Shown piece by piece: positions 50,436 through 59,450 of a DNA stretch of 64,000 bases; within the stretch, counting starts at the first letter, position 1, and every line of letters starts with the position of its first letter. The stretch lies in NCBI GenBank assembly GCA_965242525.1, contig OZ251459.1, positions 1,952,001 to 2,016,000 of the forward strand. Reading direction: 5' to 3'. The notes beneath the pieces are model-generated. The model did not search any database and was not told where the DNA came from. It saw only the letters and a list, made by a program, of their open reading frames with translations. Source of the stretch: an uncultured Candidatus Binatia bacterium (lineage in GTDB: Bacteria; Desulfobacterota; Binatia; UBA9968; JAJDTQ01). The translations under genes and the position numbers were made by a program.

Positions 50436-50591
50436 GGAACACCTCACGGACGAAGGGGAGGATACTTGACCTTGACGGCAAATGGAAAGAGAATCCATGG
50501 GCTCTTCAGGATTTCGTGTGGGTAAGCTCGAAAGGGTCGAGTTGCGTCTCGAACGGAGGCTCCGCTCGAAAGCGGACGACGGAGAAACAGG

Positions 50592-51740
50592 ATGGCCGGT
50601 AACCTGAAGCTTTCCCGTTTGCGCCTCAAGAACTGGAAGAACTTCCAGGACGTGGATGTCGCCATCGGGGACCGAATGTTTCTCGTCGGCCCCAACGCTT
50701 CGGGCAAGTCCAACCTGCTGGACGCCGTTCGGTTCTTGCACGAACTCGCGTCCTCGGGCGGTTTCGCAGAGGCTGTTCACCGTCGTGGCGGGATGAGCGC
50801 CCTTCGCTGTCTGGCGTCCCGGCGTCATGCGGACGTGGAGATCCACGTGGACCTGAAAGAAGGCAACACCGGCCGTCGATGGACCTATGAACTTTCCTGC
50901 CGTCAGGACAACCATCGTCGGCCCCTGGTGTGCAGGGAACGGGTGCTGCGAGATGCCGCCCCGATCATCGACCGACCGGACGAAGCGGACCGCAACGACG
51001 CCGACCGTCTCACCCAGACCTGCCTGGAGCAGGTAAACGTCAACCTGCCGTTCCGTGGATTGGCCAAGTTCTTTGCGTCCATCCGCTCCCTGTGCCTCGT
51101 GCCACAACTCGTCCGTCAGCCGGAACGGTCGGGAGGGCGGTCCAGCGATCCCTGCGGCAGCGATTTCCTCGATCAGGTAGCCAGGACGACGGAACGGACT
51201 CGGAGGGCGCGACTGGAACTGATCCAGAAAGCCCTTCGGGCCGCGGTCCCGCAACTCGAAGCCATCGCCTTGACGCACGACGGCAGGGGCCTGCCTCACC
51301 TGCAGGGCAGGTACGAACACTGGCGGTCACAGGGAACCTGGCAGACCGAGGAGCAGTTTTCGGACGGCACGCTGCGCCTCATGGGTCTCATCTGGGCAGC
51401 CCTGGAGAACGGGGGGCCGTTGTTGATCGAAGAGCCGGAGTTGTCGCTCCATCCCGACCTCGTGCGGCTGCTTCCCCAGATGTTGGCGCACGCACAACGT
51501 CGAACCGGAAGACAGATATTCCTGAGCACACACTCGCCGGAATTGCTGCGCGACGAGGGAATCGGCCTCGACGAAACCTTCCTTCTCCGTCCCGGAACCG
51601 GAGGAACCCAAGTGACTCCCGCGGCTTCGTTCCCCGACGCCCGCCAATTGCTAGCCGACGGCCTTTCGCTGGCCGACGTGGTGATCCCCAGGACACGGCC
51701 ACAGAACGCCGAGCAACTCGCCCTGCTCACGAAAGCGTAA
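50592..51740 (+). CDS. ABC-type ATPase (AAA_21/AAA_15, OLD/AbiEii-like)
   Basis: Walker A GPNASGKS, signature FSDGT, Walker B LLIEEPE, LHP, STHS. Confidence 0.9.
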   Translation: MAGNLKLSRLRLKNWKNFQDVDVAIGDRMFLVGPNASGKSNLLDAVRFLHELASSGGFAEAVHRRGGMSALRCLASRRHADVEIHVDLKEGNTGRRWTYELSCRQDNHRRPLVCRERVLRDAAPIIDRPDEADRNDADRLTQTCLEQVNVNLPFRGLAKFFASIRSLCLVPQLVRQPERSGGRSSDPCGSDFLDQVARTTERTRRARLELIQKALRAAVPQLEAIALTHDGRGLPHLQGRYEHWRSQGTWQTEEQFSDGTLRLMGLIWAALENGGPLLIEEPELSLHPDLVRLLPQMLAHAQRRTGRQIFLSTHSPELLRDEGIGLDETFLLRPGTGGTQVTPAASFPDARQLLADGLSLADVVIPRTRPQNAEQLALLTKA

Positions 51741-51743
51741 GGC

Positions 51744-52361
51744 GTGTCCGTTCCGATCATCAAGGCGGCGGTCGAAGGATTGATCGACGAGGCGGTGGTG
51801 CGGAGACTCATCGCCCACGTCGGCGGCGTGGTCGGGGAAGTCCATGGAAGAGACGGCAAGGCCCACCTCCACCAGAGGCTCCAAGGCTACAACCGGGCGG
51901 CCCTCCATGAATCATGGGTCGTACTGGTGGACCTCGATTCCGATGCCGACTGCGCTCCCATGTTGCGAGACGCATGGCTCCCCAGAGCAGCGCCGCGCCT
52001 CTGCTTTCGTATCGTCGTTCGGGAAATCGAAGCCTGGTTGATGGCGGATGCCGCAACGTTGGCGGACTACTTGAGCGTCGCCCGGAGCCGAATCCCCATG
52101 AACGTAGAGGGTCTGGGTTCGCCCAAGACCACCCTGGTAAACTTGGCGCGTGGCTCCCGACGCAGAAACATCCGCACGGACATGGTCCCGCACGAAGGCA
52201 GCGGTCGCCAAGTAGGATCGGTGTACGTATCCCGACTCATCGAATACGTCCAGACCACTTGGCGGCCCGAAGTCGCCTCTCGACGGTCGGAGAGCTTGCA
52301 CAGAGCCATCGTCTGTCTGCGACGCCTGGTTGTGCATAGGGATCCACCCGAGGAACCTTGA
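51744..52361 (+). CDS. DUF4276-like/TOPRIM-like partner protein
   Basis: VEG..D, LVDLD, REIEAWLMAD, S.SL; starts 3 nt after the ATPase stop. Confidence 0.7.
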   Translation: MSVPIIKAAVEGLIDEAVVRRLIAHVGGVVGEVHGRDGKAHLHQRLQGYNRAALHESWVVLVDLDSDADCAPMLRDAWLPRAAPRLCFRIVVREIEAWLMADAATLADYLSVARSRIPMNVEGLGSPKTTLVNLARGSRRRNIRTDMVPHEGSGRQVGSVYVSRLIEYVQTTWRPEVASRRSESLHRAIVCLRRLVVHRDPPEEP

Positions 52362-52411
52362 AACGGAGCCACCGCCAGAAGAGAACTGTCAGGACGCCGC
52401 CGCAGCCCGGG

Positions 52412-52702
52412 TCATGGTCCGCGGCTGCCTCTCCTGACGGTGAGCCGGGTCGTCAGTCCCACCCGAGCGGCCATGTTCACCAGCTTGTCGATGGTAAACT
52501 TGCTGATCCGGTCGTTGATCAACTCGCTCAGACGCGACCGCGGCACACCGAGCCGTCTTGCCGCCTCATCCTGGGTGATGCCTTCGTGGTCGATGTAGTC
52601 CTCGATGGCGTCCATGAGCCGGGACCTGAGCTTCAGGTTGGCCGCCTCATCGGGGCCGTCCGCAACCGCGTCCCAAACGCTCCGATAGGTATGAATCTCC
52701 AT
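52412..52702 (-). CDS. HigA-like XRE antitoxin (HTH_37 type)
   Basis: SVWDA...EAANLKLRS.LM, TQ.EAA.RLGV...R.SEL, F..DKLV.MA. Confidence 0.88.
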   Translation of the reverse strand: MEIHTYRSVWDAVADGPDEAANLKLRSRLMDAIEDYIDHEGITQDEAARRLGVPRSRLSELINDRISKFTIDKLVNMAARVGLTTRLTVRRGSRGP

Positions 52703-52705
52703 GGG

Positions 52706-52827
52706 CTACCTCTCCGGCGCAAGCCCTTGCTGGATCCTATGGATCTGGCGGCCCATGTCTTGGCGGCGGCTTTCGGAAGGACACGAAGATCTTCGAGCGA
52801 AGAGCCGACGAACCTCACGTCCTTCAT
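52706..52827 (-). pseudogene. HigB/RelE (Gp49-like) toxin remnant
   Basis: MKDVRFVGSSLEDLRVLP, frameshift, QDMGRQIHRIQQGLAP, then stop; C-terminal half missing. Confidence 0.78.
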
Positions 52828-52851
52828 GGGATTCACTGTATCAAATGAGCA

Positions 52852-53115
52852 TCAAACCAGGTCCCTCCGGCAATGGGGGCAGACGTGGGCCTCCTTCTTG
52901 ATCATCTCCTTGCAGTGAGGGCAGGGAACGCGCCCTTCGGACAGGGCCTTCTTCATTTCTCCTTCCGGCGTCCTGCCGACGAGCAGGATGTGGACCAGCG
53001 CCACGGGCCAGATGAGAAAGGCCTAGAGGAACCATCCAAGGCCGCTGCGGCCTTTGGAGTTGGCGATCAGCGCAACGATGACCGGGAGGACTATCCAGAA
53101 TATCAGAAGTTCCAT
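52852..53115 (-). pseudogene. Small membrane + zinc-ribbon protein interrupted by an in-frame TAG
   Basis: MELLIFWIV...SKGRSGLGWFL*AFLIWPVAL...CPHCKE.IKKEA.VCPHCR; TAG at 53023-53025. Confidence 0.78.
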
Positions 53116-53142
53116 GAGCCTCCTGCCACGTCCCGCCTCGGG

Positions 53143-54405
53143 TCACCCGCCCGAGGCTTCCATTCCTTCCAGCAGCACGGTGCGGATCAGCGAGACGGCG
53201 TTGAGGCTCATGCGGGTGCGGTCGGGGCCGCCGCGGCCGCCCAGGTTGTAGGTACGGGTGTGGAAGTCCGTTCCGTCAGTGACGGAGATGTACGTCTGCC
53301 CCCGGGCGAGGTTCACCGCGGTGTCTCCGGGGGCTTCCACCGCGTGCAGGGCGAGGCCCAGGTCGCTTCCGGCCTCTTGCCGGACCGTCCAGGCCATCTC
53401 TTCGGTGAGTTGCTCCGGCCGGTCCAGCAGCGCGTCCGCCTGTTCCGGTCGGCGCGACCGGAACAGCAGCCGCCTCGCGGCGCGCTCCCCCGGGGCCACC
53501 CGGCCCTCCAGGAAATGGTCCCGGCTGGCCCGCTGGAGACGCTCGGCCACGAGTCCCGCGGTCATGTCCTCGAAGACCGCGACGGTGCGGTCCTTCTCTC
53601 GCAGCAGCCGGCCCACCGCGTCCTCCATGGTCTCGTCGTCCACCGCGAAGACATGGCTCCCGAGAAGCCCCCGCACTTCGGCTTCCACGGGCGCGATGAG
53701 CTTCATGGCCTCCTCCCGGCTCGACGCCTTGGCGGCGATGCGCACGTCCACCTGGCCCGGGTGCGCCAGCACGCCCACCGTGGGGTTGCTCGACTCGGCG
53801 ATCAGGCGGCCGATCTTGTCGTCCACCGAGCTTTCCCCCATGTCCGTCACCTTCAGCACCCGGTAGGTGAGGGTCTCCGAAAGGTCGAACTTGCGCCGGG
53901 CGTAGGGGACCACCTCGTTCTCGAACAGCCACTTCATCTCGTGGGGCACTCCGGGCAGCGCATAGACCACGCCCTTCTCGTGCTCGACGATGAAGGACGG
54001 CGCGGTGCCGTTGGGGTTCTCCACCGGGATGGCGCCTTCGGGGATGTCGGCCTGGCGCTCGTTGTTGGGGGTCATGATCATGTTGCGCCGGCGGAACCGC
54101 CGGTCGATCTGCTCCAGCAACGCCGGGTCTCGCACGAGCTTGCGGCCGCACACCTCGGCGACGGTCTCCCGGGTGAGGTCGTCCCGGGTGGGACCGAGCC
54201 CGCCGCTGGTGATGACCAGGTCGGCCCGGTCCAGGGCCCGGCCGATGACTTCCTTCATGCGTCCGGGGTTGTCGCCCACGATGGTCTTGAAGAACAGATC
54301 GATCCCCAGGTCGGACAGGCGTTGGGCCATCCACGCGGAGTTGGTGTCCACGATCTGGCCCAGCAACAGTTCCGACCCGATGGCGACGATTTCAGCGTTC
54401 GGCAC
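53143..54405 (-). CDS. cinA: CinA family protein (MoCF domain + degenerate PncC domain)
   Basis: IGSELLLG...DTN, GGLGPT.DD.T, GTAP, LPGVP.EM. Confidence 0.9.
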   Translation of the reverse strand: MPNAEIVAIGSELLLGQIVDTNSAWMAQRLSDLGIDLFFKTIVGDNPGRMKEVIGRALDRADLVITSGGLGPTRDDLTRETVAEVCGRKLVRDPALLEQIDRRFRRRNMIMTPNNERQADIPEGAIPVENPNGTAPSFIVEHEKGVVYALPGVPHEMKWLFENEVVPYARRKFDLSETLTYRVLKVTDMGESSVDDKIGRLIAESSNPTVGVLAHPGQVDVRIAAKASSREEAMKLIAPVEAEVRGLLGSHVFAVDDETMEDAVGRLLREKDRTVAVFEDMTAGLVAERLQRASRDHFLEGRVAPGERAARRLLFRSRRPEQADALLDRPEQLTEEMAWTVRQEAGSDLGLALHAVEAPGDTAVNLARGQTYISVTDGTDFHTRTYNLGGRGGPDRTRMSLNAVSLIRTVLLEGMEASGG

Positions 54406-54446
54406 GATGGACTCCTCCCGATGTTCGTATGCTCTTCCTGTGGAAA

Positions 54447-54491
54447 AGCGCGTCCTTCGACTTCGCTTCGCTACGCTCAGGACGAACGGAG
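54447..54491 (-). repeat. Palindromic repeat type B core
   Basis: GCGCGTCCTTCGACTTCGCTTCGCTACGCTCAGGACGAACGGAG. Confidence 0.88.
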
Positions 54492-54534
54492 CAATCGTTC
54501 AGGGTTTCCTATACCGCATCTCGCCGCGTCCCGG

Positions 54535-57500
54535 TCAATCGACCCCGGGCGCCGCTTCCGGCGCGGGCATCGCGTCCTCGCGCGCGTCTTCCCCGGCCGC
54601 GCCGCGGCGCCAACCCTCGGTCACGTCCAGCCACAGGGAGTACAGGGTCGGGGTGAGCACCAGCGTGAACACCGTGGCGAGGGCGAGCCCGCCCAGCACC
54701 GCGGAGCCCAGGCCGCGGTAGAGTTCCGAACCCGCGCCCCGGGACAGGACCAGGGGCAACATGCCGAACACCGTGGTGGCGGTGGTCATGAAGATCGGGC
54801 GGATCCTCGTGCGCACGCTCGAGAGCAGGGCTTCCTGGGGCGTCTCCCCCGCGCGGACGAAATTGAGGGTCTGGTGCACGATGAGGATGGCGTTGTTCAC
54901 CACGATGCCCGCCAGTATGATGAAACCCAGCATGGTCACCGTGTCCATCTTGATGGTGGGTTCGTTCGCGTGGCCCAGGCTCACCGCCAGCACCCCGCCG
55001 GTGGCCGCCAGCGGCACGCTGAACATGATGATCAGGGGGTAGGTCCAGGACTCGAACAGCGAGCACATGACGAGATAGACCACCACCACGGCCAGGAGGA
55101 ACGTCCACTTGAACGCGTCCCACGCTTCCGCCAGGCTCTGGGCCTGGCCGCTCACGTCGATGGAGTAGCCCAACGGGAGGGTCTGCCGCACGCCCGCCAC
55201 CGCGTCCTCCTCCACCAGCCGCACCGCCTCTTCCAGCGGCAGGGTCTCCTCCATGTTCACGTTCAACTTGATGGCCCGGTCCAGGTCCACATGCTCGACC
55301 TTGGTGGGACCGTCCCCGGGCCGGATCTCGGCGATGTCCGAAAGCTGCACCAGCCGGCCGGAGCCGTTGGAGAGCGTCATGGCGCCCAGGTCCTGGGTGT
55401 GCTCCATCTCCCGGCGCGGCCCCTTGAGTACGATGTCGATCTCCTTGCCGCGCTCCCGGAAACGCCCGGCCGACGTGCCCTCCACCACCGTCTCGACCAC
55501 CTCGCCCACGTCGGACGCCCGCAGGCCCAGGGCCGACACCCGGTCCCGGTCGAGGGTCACGCGGATCTCCGGGTTGCCCCACTCGAAGGACGAGTTGACG
55601 AAGTTCACCCCGGACACGCCGCGGATCCTGCCCTCCAGGTCCCCCGCGATGCGCCGGATGGACTCCAGGTCGTCCCCCTTGACGTCCAGCGCCACGTTGT
55701 TGCCGCCGAAGAAGGAACCGCGCTGGCGGAAGAGCGAGGACTGGGTGACGAACACCGCCTGGGTCCCGGCGATGCCCCCCGCGGCCCCGCGCATGGCCGC
55801 CACCACCTGCCGCATGCCCTGCAGGTCCGTATGGGCCTCCTTCACGATGGCGCCCATGATGGGTGTGTCCACGCGCACCACGGCGAACAGCCGGTCCACC
55901 TGCGGGATGGCCAGGAACCGGGACTCCAGGACCTGGATGATCTCCTCCTTCTGGTCCGTGTTGAAACCGGGCGGGGTCTTCACCACCACGAACACGAGGT
56001 TGCGGTTCCCCCGGGGCAGGTAGTCCAGGGGAGGAGCGAAGGCGTAGGCCAGCGCCACCGATCCCCCCACGATCAGCAGGATCACCGCCAACCGGCGGAG
56101 GGACCCGCGCTGGAGCCACGCAAGCAGTCCCAGCACCAGCCGGGAGAACCCGGCCCCGCCCCTGTCCAGCACGGACATGGGCGCGCGAAGGCGCCGGAAC
56201 CGCACCCGCGTCCGGGCCGGAAGCACGTGGGCGGAAAGCATGGGCACCACGGTGAGGGCCACCACCAGCGAAAGCGCCACCGCCACCGCGATGGCCAGGG
56301 CGATGTCCCGGAACAACTGGCCGGCCTCCTGCCGGATGAACAGGACCGGAACGAACACCGCCACCGTGGTCAGGGTGGAGGCCACGATGGCCCCGCCCAC
56401 TTCCCGGGCCCCGTCGGCCGCGGCCTGCAGGCGTCCCTTGCCCATTTCCCGATGGCGGAAGACGTTCTCGAGCACCACCACCGCGTTGTCCACCACCATG
56501 CCGGTGGCGAAGGCCAGGCCGGCCAGCATGATGACGTTGAGGGAGGAGCCGAGGACGTGGAGGACCACGAAAGTCGTGACGATGGACACCGGGATCGCCA
56601 CCGCCACCACCACGATGCTGGCGACGCTCCGCAGGAACAGGAGCAGGACCAGCACGGCCAGGACCACCGCGAAATAGACGTTCCGGGTCACCAGGCCGAT
56701 GGAGCCGCGGATGTAGCCGCTCTCGTCATAGACCATCTCCAGGCGGACGCCCTTGTCCCGGTATCGTTGCTGGAGCTTGTCCAGGGTCTGCCGGACGCCC
56801 TCCATGACCTCCATGGTGTTGGCGCCGGAGCGGCGCAGCACCCCCAGGCCCAGGGCCGGCCGGCCGTCGATCCGCACCGCGAAGTCCCGGTCCTCGTGCC
56901 CGAACGAGACCGCGGCCACGTCCCGCACGTACACGACGCCCCGGTCGTCGTGCCGCACCGCCACGTCGTCCACGTGGCGCAGCTCGTCGAACTGTCCCAG
57001 GGTCCGCACCAGGTGCCTCCGCTTGCCCTCGCTCAGGTCCCCGCCCTTGACGTTGCGGTTCTCACGGGTGATGGCCTGCCGGACGTCGGAGACGGTGACG
57101 CCCCGGGCCGCCATGGCCCGGGGGTCCAGCGTCACGTGCACCTGCCGGTCCTGGCCGCCGAAGCGCCAGACCGCGCCGACCCCGGGCGTCCGTTCGAGCT
57201 GCGGCACGATGACGTCCTTCACTTCCTCCCATATGCGGTTGAGGTCGCCGTCCGTATCCACGATGATCCAGGAGATGGGCATCTCCTCGTCGGTGTTGAC
57301 CGCGCGGATGCGGGACTCGTCCACGTCCGGCGGCAGGTCGGTGGCGAGGTCGAGCTTCTCGGACACCCCCAACCGCGCCACGTCCTTGTTGGCGCCCCAG
57401 TCGAACTTGAGGACCACCGTGGACTTGCCTTCGATGGAGGTCGAGGAGACCTGCCTGAGCTGCTCGACGCCGTTGAGGTTCTCCTCCAGGCGGTCGGTCA

Positions 57501-57687
57501 CCTCGCGCTCCACTTCCAGAGGCCCGGCGCCCCGGTACTCCGTCTCCACCGTGATCTCGGGCCGGTCCACCGTGGGGATCATCTGGATCGGAAGGCGCAG
57601 CAGGGCGATGGTCCCGAAGAGCACCGCCAGGATGATGCCCACGGTCACGGAGACGGGGTTGCGGACACAGAAATCAACGATGCTCAT
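54535..57687 (-). CDS. RND efflux permease (AcrB/AcrD/AcrF family)
   Basis: GMVVDNAVVVLEN, STLTT..VF.P, GIVVNNAIL, R.RPI.MT. Confidence 0.96.
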   Translation of the reverse strand: MSIVDFCVRNPVSVTVGIILAVLFGTIALLRLPIQMIPTVDRPEITVETEYRGAGPLEVEREVTDRLEENLNGVEQLRQVSSTSIEGKSTVVLKFDWGANKDVARLGVSEKLDLATDLPPDVDESRIRAVNTDEEMPISWIIVDTDGDLNRIWEEVKDVIVPQLERTPGVGAVWRFGGQDRQVHVTLDPRAMAARGVTVSDVRQAITRENRNVKGGDLSEGKRRHLVRTLGQFDELRHVDDVAVRHDDRGVVYVRDVAAVSFGHEDRDFAVRIDGRPALGLGVLRRSGANTMEVMEGVRQTLDKLQQRYRDKGVRLEMVYDESGYIRGSIGLVTRNVYFAVVLAVLVLLLFLRSVASIVVVAVAIPVSIVTTFVVLHVLGSSLNVIMLAGLAFATGMVVDNAVVVLENVFRHREMGKGRLQAAADGAREVGGAIVASTLTTVAVFVPVLFIRQEAGQLFRDIALAIAVAVALSLVVALTVVPMLSAHVLPARTRVRFRRLRAPMSVLDRGGAGFSRLVLGLLAWLQRGSLRRLAVILLIVGGSVALAYAFAPPLDYLPRGNRNLVFVVVKTPPGFNTDQKEEIIQVLESRFLAIPQVDRLFAVVRVDTPIMGAIVKEAHTDLQGMRQVVAAMRGAAGGIAGTQAVFVTQSSLFRQRGSFFGGNNVALDVKGDDLESIRRIAGDLEGRIRGVSGVNFVNSSFEWGNPEIRVTLDRDRVSALGLRASDVGEVVETVVEGTSAGRFRERGKEIDIVLKGPRREMEHTQDLGAMTLSNGSGRLVQLSDIAEIRPGDGPTKVEHVDLDRAIKLNVNMEETLPLEEAVRLVEEDAVAGVRQTLPLGYSIDVSGQAQSLAEAWDAFKWTFLLAVVVVYLVMCSLFESWTYPLIIMFSVPLAATGGVLAVSLGHANEPTIKMDTVTMLGFIILAGIVVNNAILIVHQTLNFVRAGETPQEALLSSVRTRIRPIFMTTATTVFGMLPLVLSRGAGSELYRGLGSAVLGGLALATVFTLVLTPTLYSLWLDVTEGWRRGAAGEDAREDAMPAPEAAPGVD

Positions 57688-59014
57688 TGCGCCCCGTTCC
57701 GGCTCTCGTCCCGGCCTTCGCTCCACCCCCGGCTCCGTTCACGAGACGGACCTTTGCGCCGTCGCGCAGCACCTCGTTCCCCAGGGTCACCACCTGCTGG
57801 CCGGGCCGGAGGTCCCCCCCGGAGATCTCCATGAGCGCCCGGTGCCTGCGTCCGGTGTCCACCTTGACGGCCCTGGCCTGGCCGTCGGCCACGACGAAGA
57901 CCACCTGGTCGGCGCCGCGCCGGACCACCGCGTCCTTGGGAACCAGCACGCTCGGACCGCCCCGCGCGACGGAAACCCGGACCCGCGCCAGCATCCCCGC
58001 CTTGAGCCGCCCCCGGGCGTTGGAGAGCCGCACCTTCACCGGGAAGCTGCGGCTGCGGGTGTCCGCCTGGGGAATGACGTGCGCCACCTCCCCGGAGAAG
58101 ACCTCGCCGGGGAACGCGTCCAGCGCCACCGCGGCCGGGAGGCCCGCACGGATGAGCCCGATCTTCCGTTCCCCCACCGGTCCCGCGGCAAAGACGGGAT
58201 CCAGGTCCACCACGTCCGCCACCGGCTCACCGGCGTGCACCCAGTCGCCCACGTCCACGCGCTTCCCGACCACGAACCCGGAGATGGGCGCCAGCAGCGT
58301 GCTCTTCTCGATCTCGTAGGCCACCGCGTCCAGGCGCGCCCGGGCCTCGTCGTGCTCGGCCTCGGCCATGGCGATGTCCTCGGTCCTGGCCCCGGAGCGT
58401 GTGAGCTTCAGAGCGGCGCGGGCGCTGCCGTGCTTCTCGCGCGCGGCGAGGTAGTCGCTCTCGATCTTCTGGAACTCGGCGAGGCTGATGAGCTGGTCCT
58501 CATGGAGCCGCCCGGCGCGCTCGAAGTCCCGTTGGGCGCGCTGCAGGATGGCCTCCTGCTCCTTGGCCCCGGCAAGCCTTTGCGCCACCTCCTCCGAGCG
58601 GGAACCCTCCTTCAACTTCTCCCACTGCTTGCGCGCCCGCGCCACCGCGGCCGCACGCTCCCGCAACGCGATCTCGCGCCCCCCGCGGTCCACCTCCATC
58701 AGCACCGTCTTCCCCGCGACCACCGCGTCGCCTTCACGGAAGTCCGCGGCCGCCACCCGGCCCGACACCACGGAAGCGACGGTGGTGGCCACGTCGGGCT
58801 CGATGGTGCCGATGAAGGAGACCACCTCGGGGATCTCCGCCAACTCCACCTGCACCACCTTCACCGCCACCGGGCGGTCGCCGCCCCACCCCTGGCCGAA
58901 CGCCGCGCCCCCGGCCAGCAGCAACGCCGCCAGCACCCCAACGGCCGCAGGCGCGGCGGCCTTCCCCCGCACGGACGAACGCGGCGCTTCAGGAATTCCT
59001 GTGTGTTGTGACAT
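57674..59014 (-). CDS. RND membrane fusion protein (start uncertain)
   Basis: V.G.V, long alpha-hairpin, APISG.V, L..GM, VP..AV. Confidence 0.92.
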   Translation of the reverse strand: MSQHTGIPEAPRSSVRGKAAAPAAVGVLAALLLAGGAAFGQGWGGDRPVAVKVVQVELAEIPEVVSFIGTIEPDVATTVASVVSGRVAAADFREGDAVVAGKTVLMEVDRGGREIALRERAAAVARARKQWEKLKEGSRSEEVAQRLAGAKEQEAILQRAQRDFERAGRLHEDQLISLAEFQKIESDYLAAREKHGSARAALKLTRSGARTEDIAMAEAEHDEARARLDAVAYEIEKSTLLAPISGFVVGKRVDVGDWVHAGEPVADVVDLDPVFAAGPVGERKIGLIRAGLPAAVALDAFPGEVFSGEVAHVIPQADTRSRSFPVKVRLSNARGRLKAGMLARVRVSVARGGPSVLVPKDAVVRRGADQVVFVVADGQARAVKVDTGRRHRALMEISGGDLRPGQQVVTLGNEVLRDGAKVRLVNGAGGGAKAGTRAGTGRNEHR

Positions 59015-59267
59015 TCCCCTCCCACGCGATGATGTCCGATTCCCATCTTGCTGTCGTCGGTTCGACATTGCGGAGAACTCCGATTCCCTCCCCCCTTGAG
59101 GGGGAAGGTACGCTCACCCGTCAAACCCTGCCCACTCAAAAGCCGGAAGAGCCACGCGATGAGACTTCGATCAGGATAGGGTTTTTGGAAGTCCGGGGCA
59201 AACGACCGCGGCAAGAGGAACCGGGCAGATCGAACGACAGGTGGAAGAGCCGGTTTTCACAAGAATG

Positions 59268-59368
59268 GATGGATTCCCGCTTTCGCGGGAATGACGGAGT
59301 GGCTTTCGCGGGAATCCAGAACCCTCCGTTCGTCCTGAGCGTAGCGAAGCGAAGTCGAAGGACGCGCT
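59268..59368. repeat. Composite repeat cluster: type A (inverted), half type A, and type B core
   Basis: GATGGATTCCCGCTTTCGCGGGAATGACGGAG, GCTTTCGCGGGAATCCA, CCGTTCGTCCTGAGCGTAGCGAAGCGAAGTCGAAGGACGCGC. Confidence 0.88.
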
Positions 59369-59450
59369 CCGCTCTGGAAGAGAGTTGGAGAGAGGACGCG
59401 GGCATGTGCAGTGCTTGCATGTCAGGCCGCGCTCGGCAACAAAGTAGGAG

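Noticed and set aside
52873-57834. Very long antisense or alternate-frame ORFs (for example 1653 aa here, 1210 aa at 16308-19940, 913 aa at 34642-37383)
   Set aside because: Shadow ORFs caused by high GC and scarce stop codons; they overlap clearly identified genes and carry no motifs of their own
54535-59014. RND pump lacking an outer-membrane factor gene, with VVNNAIL in TM10
   Set aside because: Both are common in RND subfamilies; a TolC-like gene is often encoded elsewhere
59110-59265. Lower-GC intergenic stretch with two GGAAGAGCC motifs
   Set aside because: No convincing ORF, RNA structure or terminal repeats recognised
38446-59368. Type B repeats as CRISPR repeats or as small conserved proteins (PVRPERSEAESKD)
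   Set aside because: Dispersed kilobases apart, in both orientations, with no cas genes; the recurring peptides are translations of the DNA repeat
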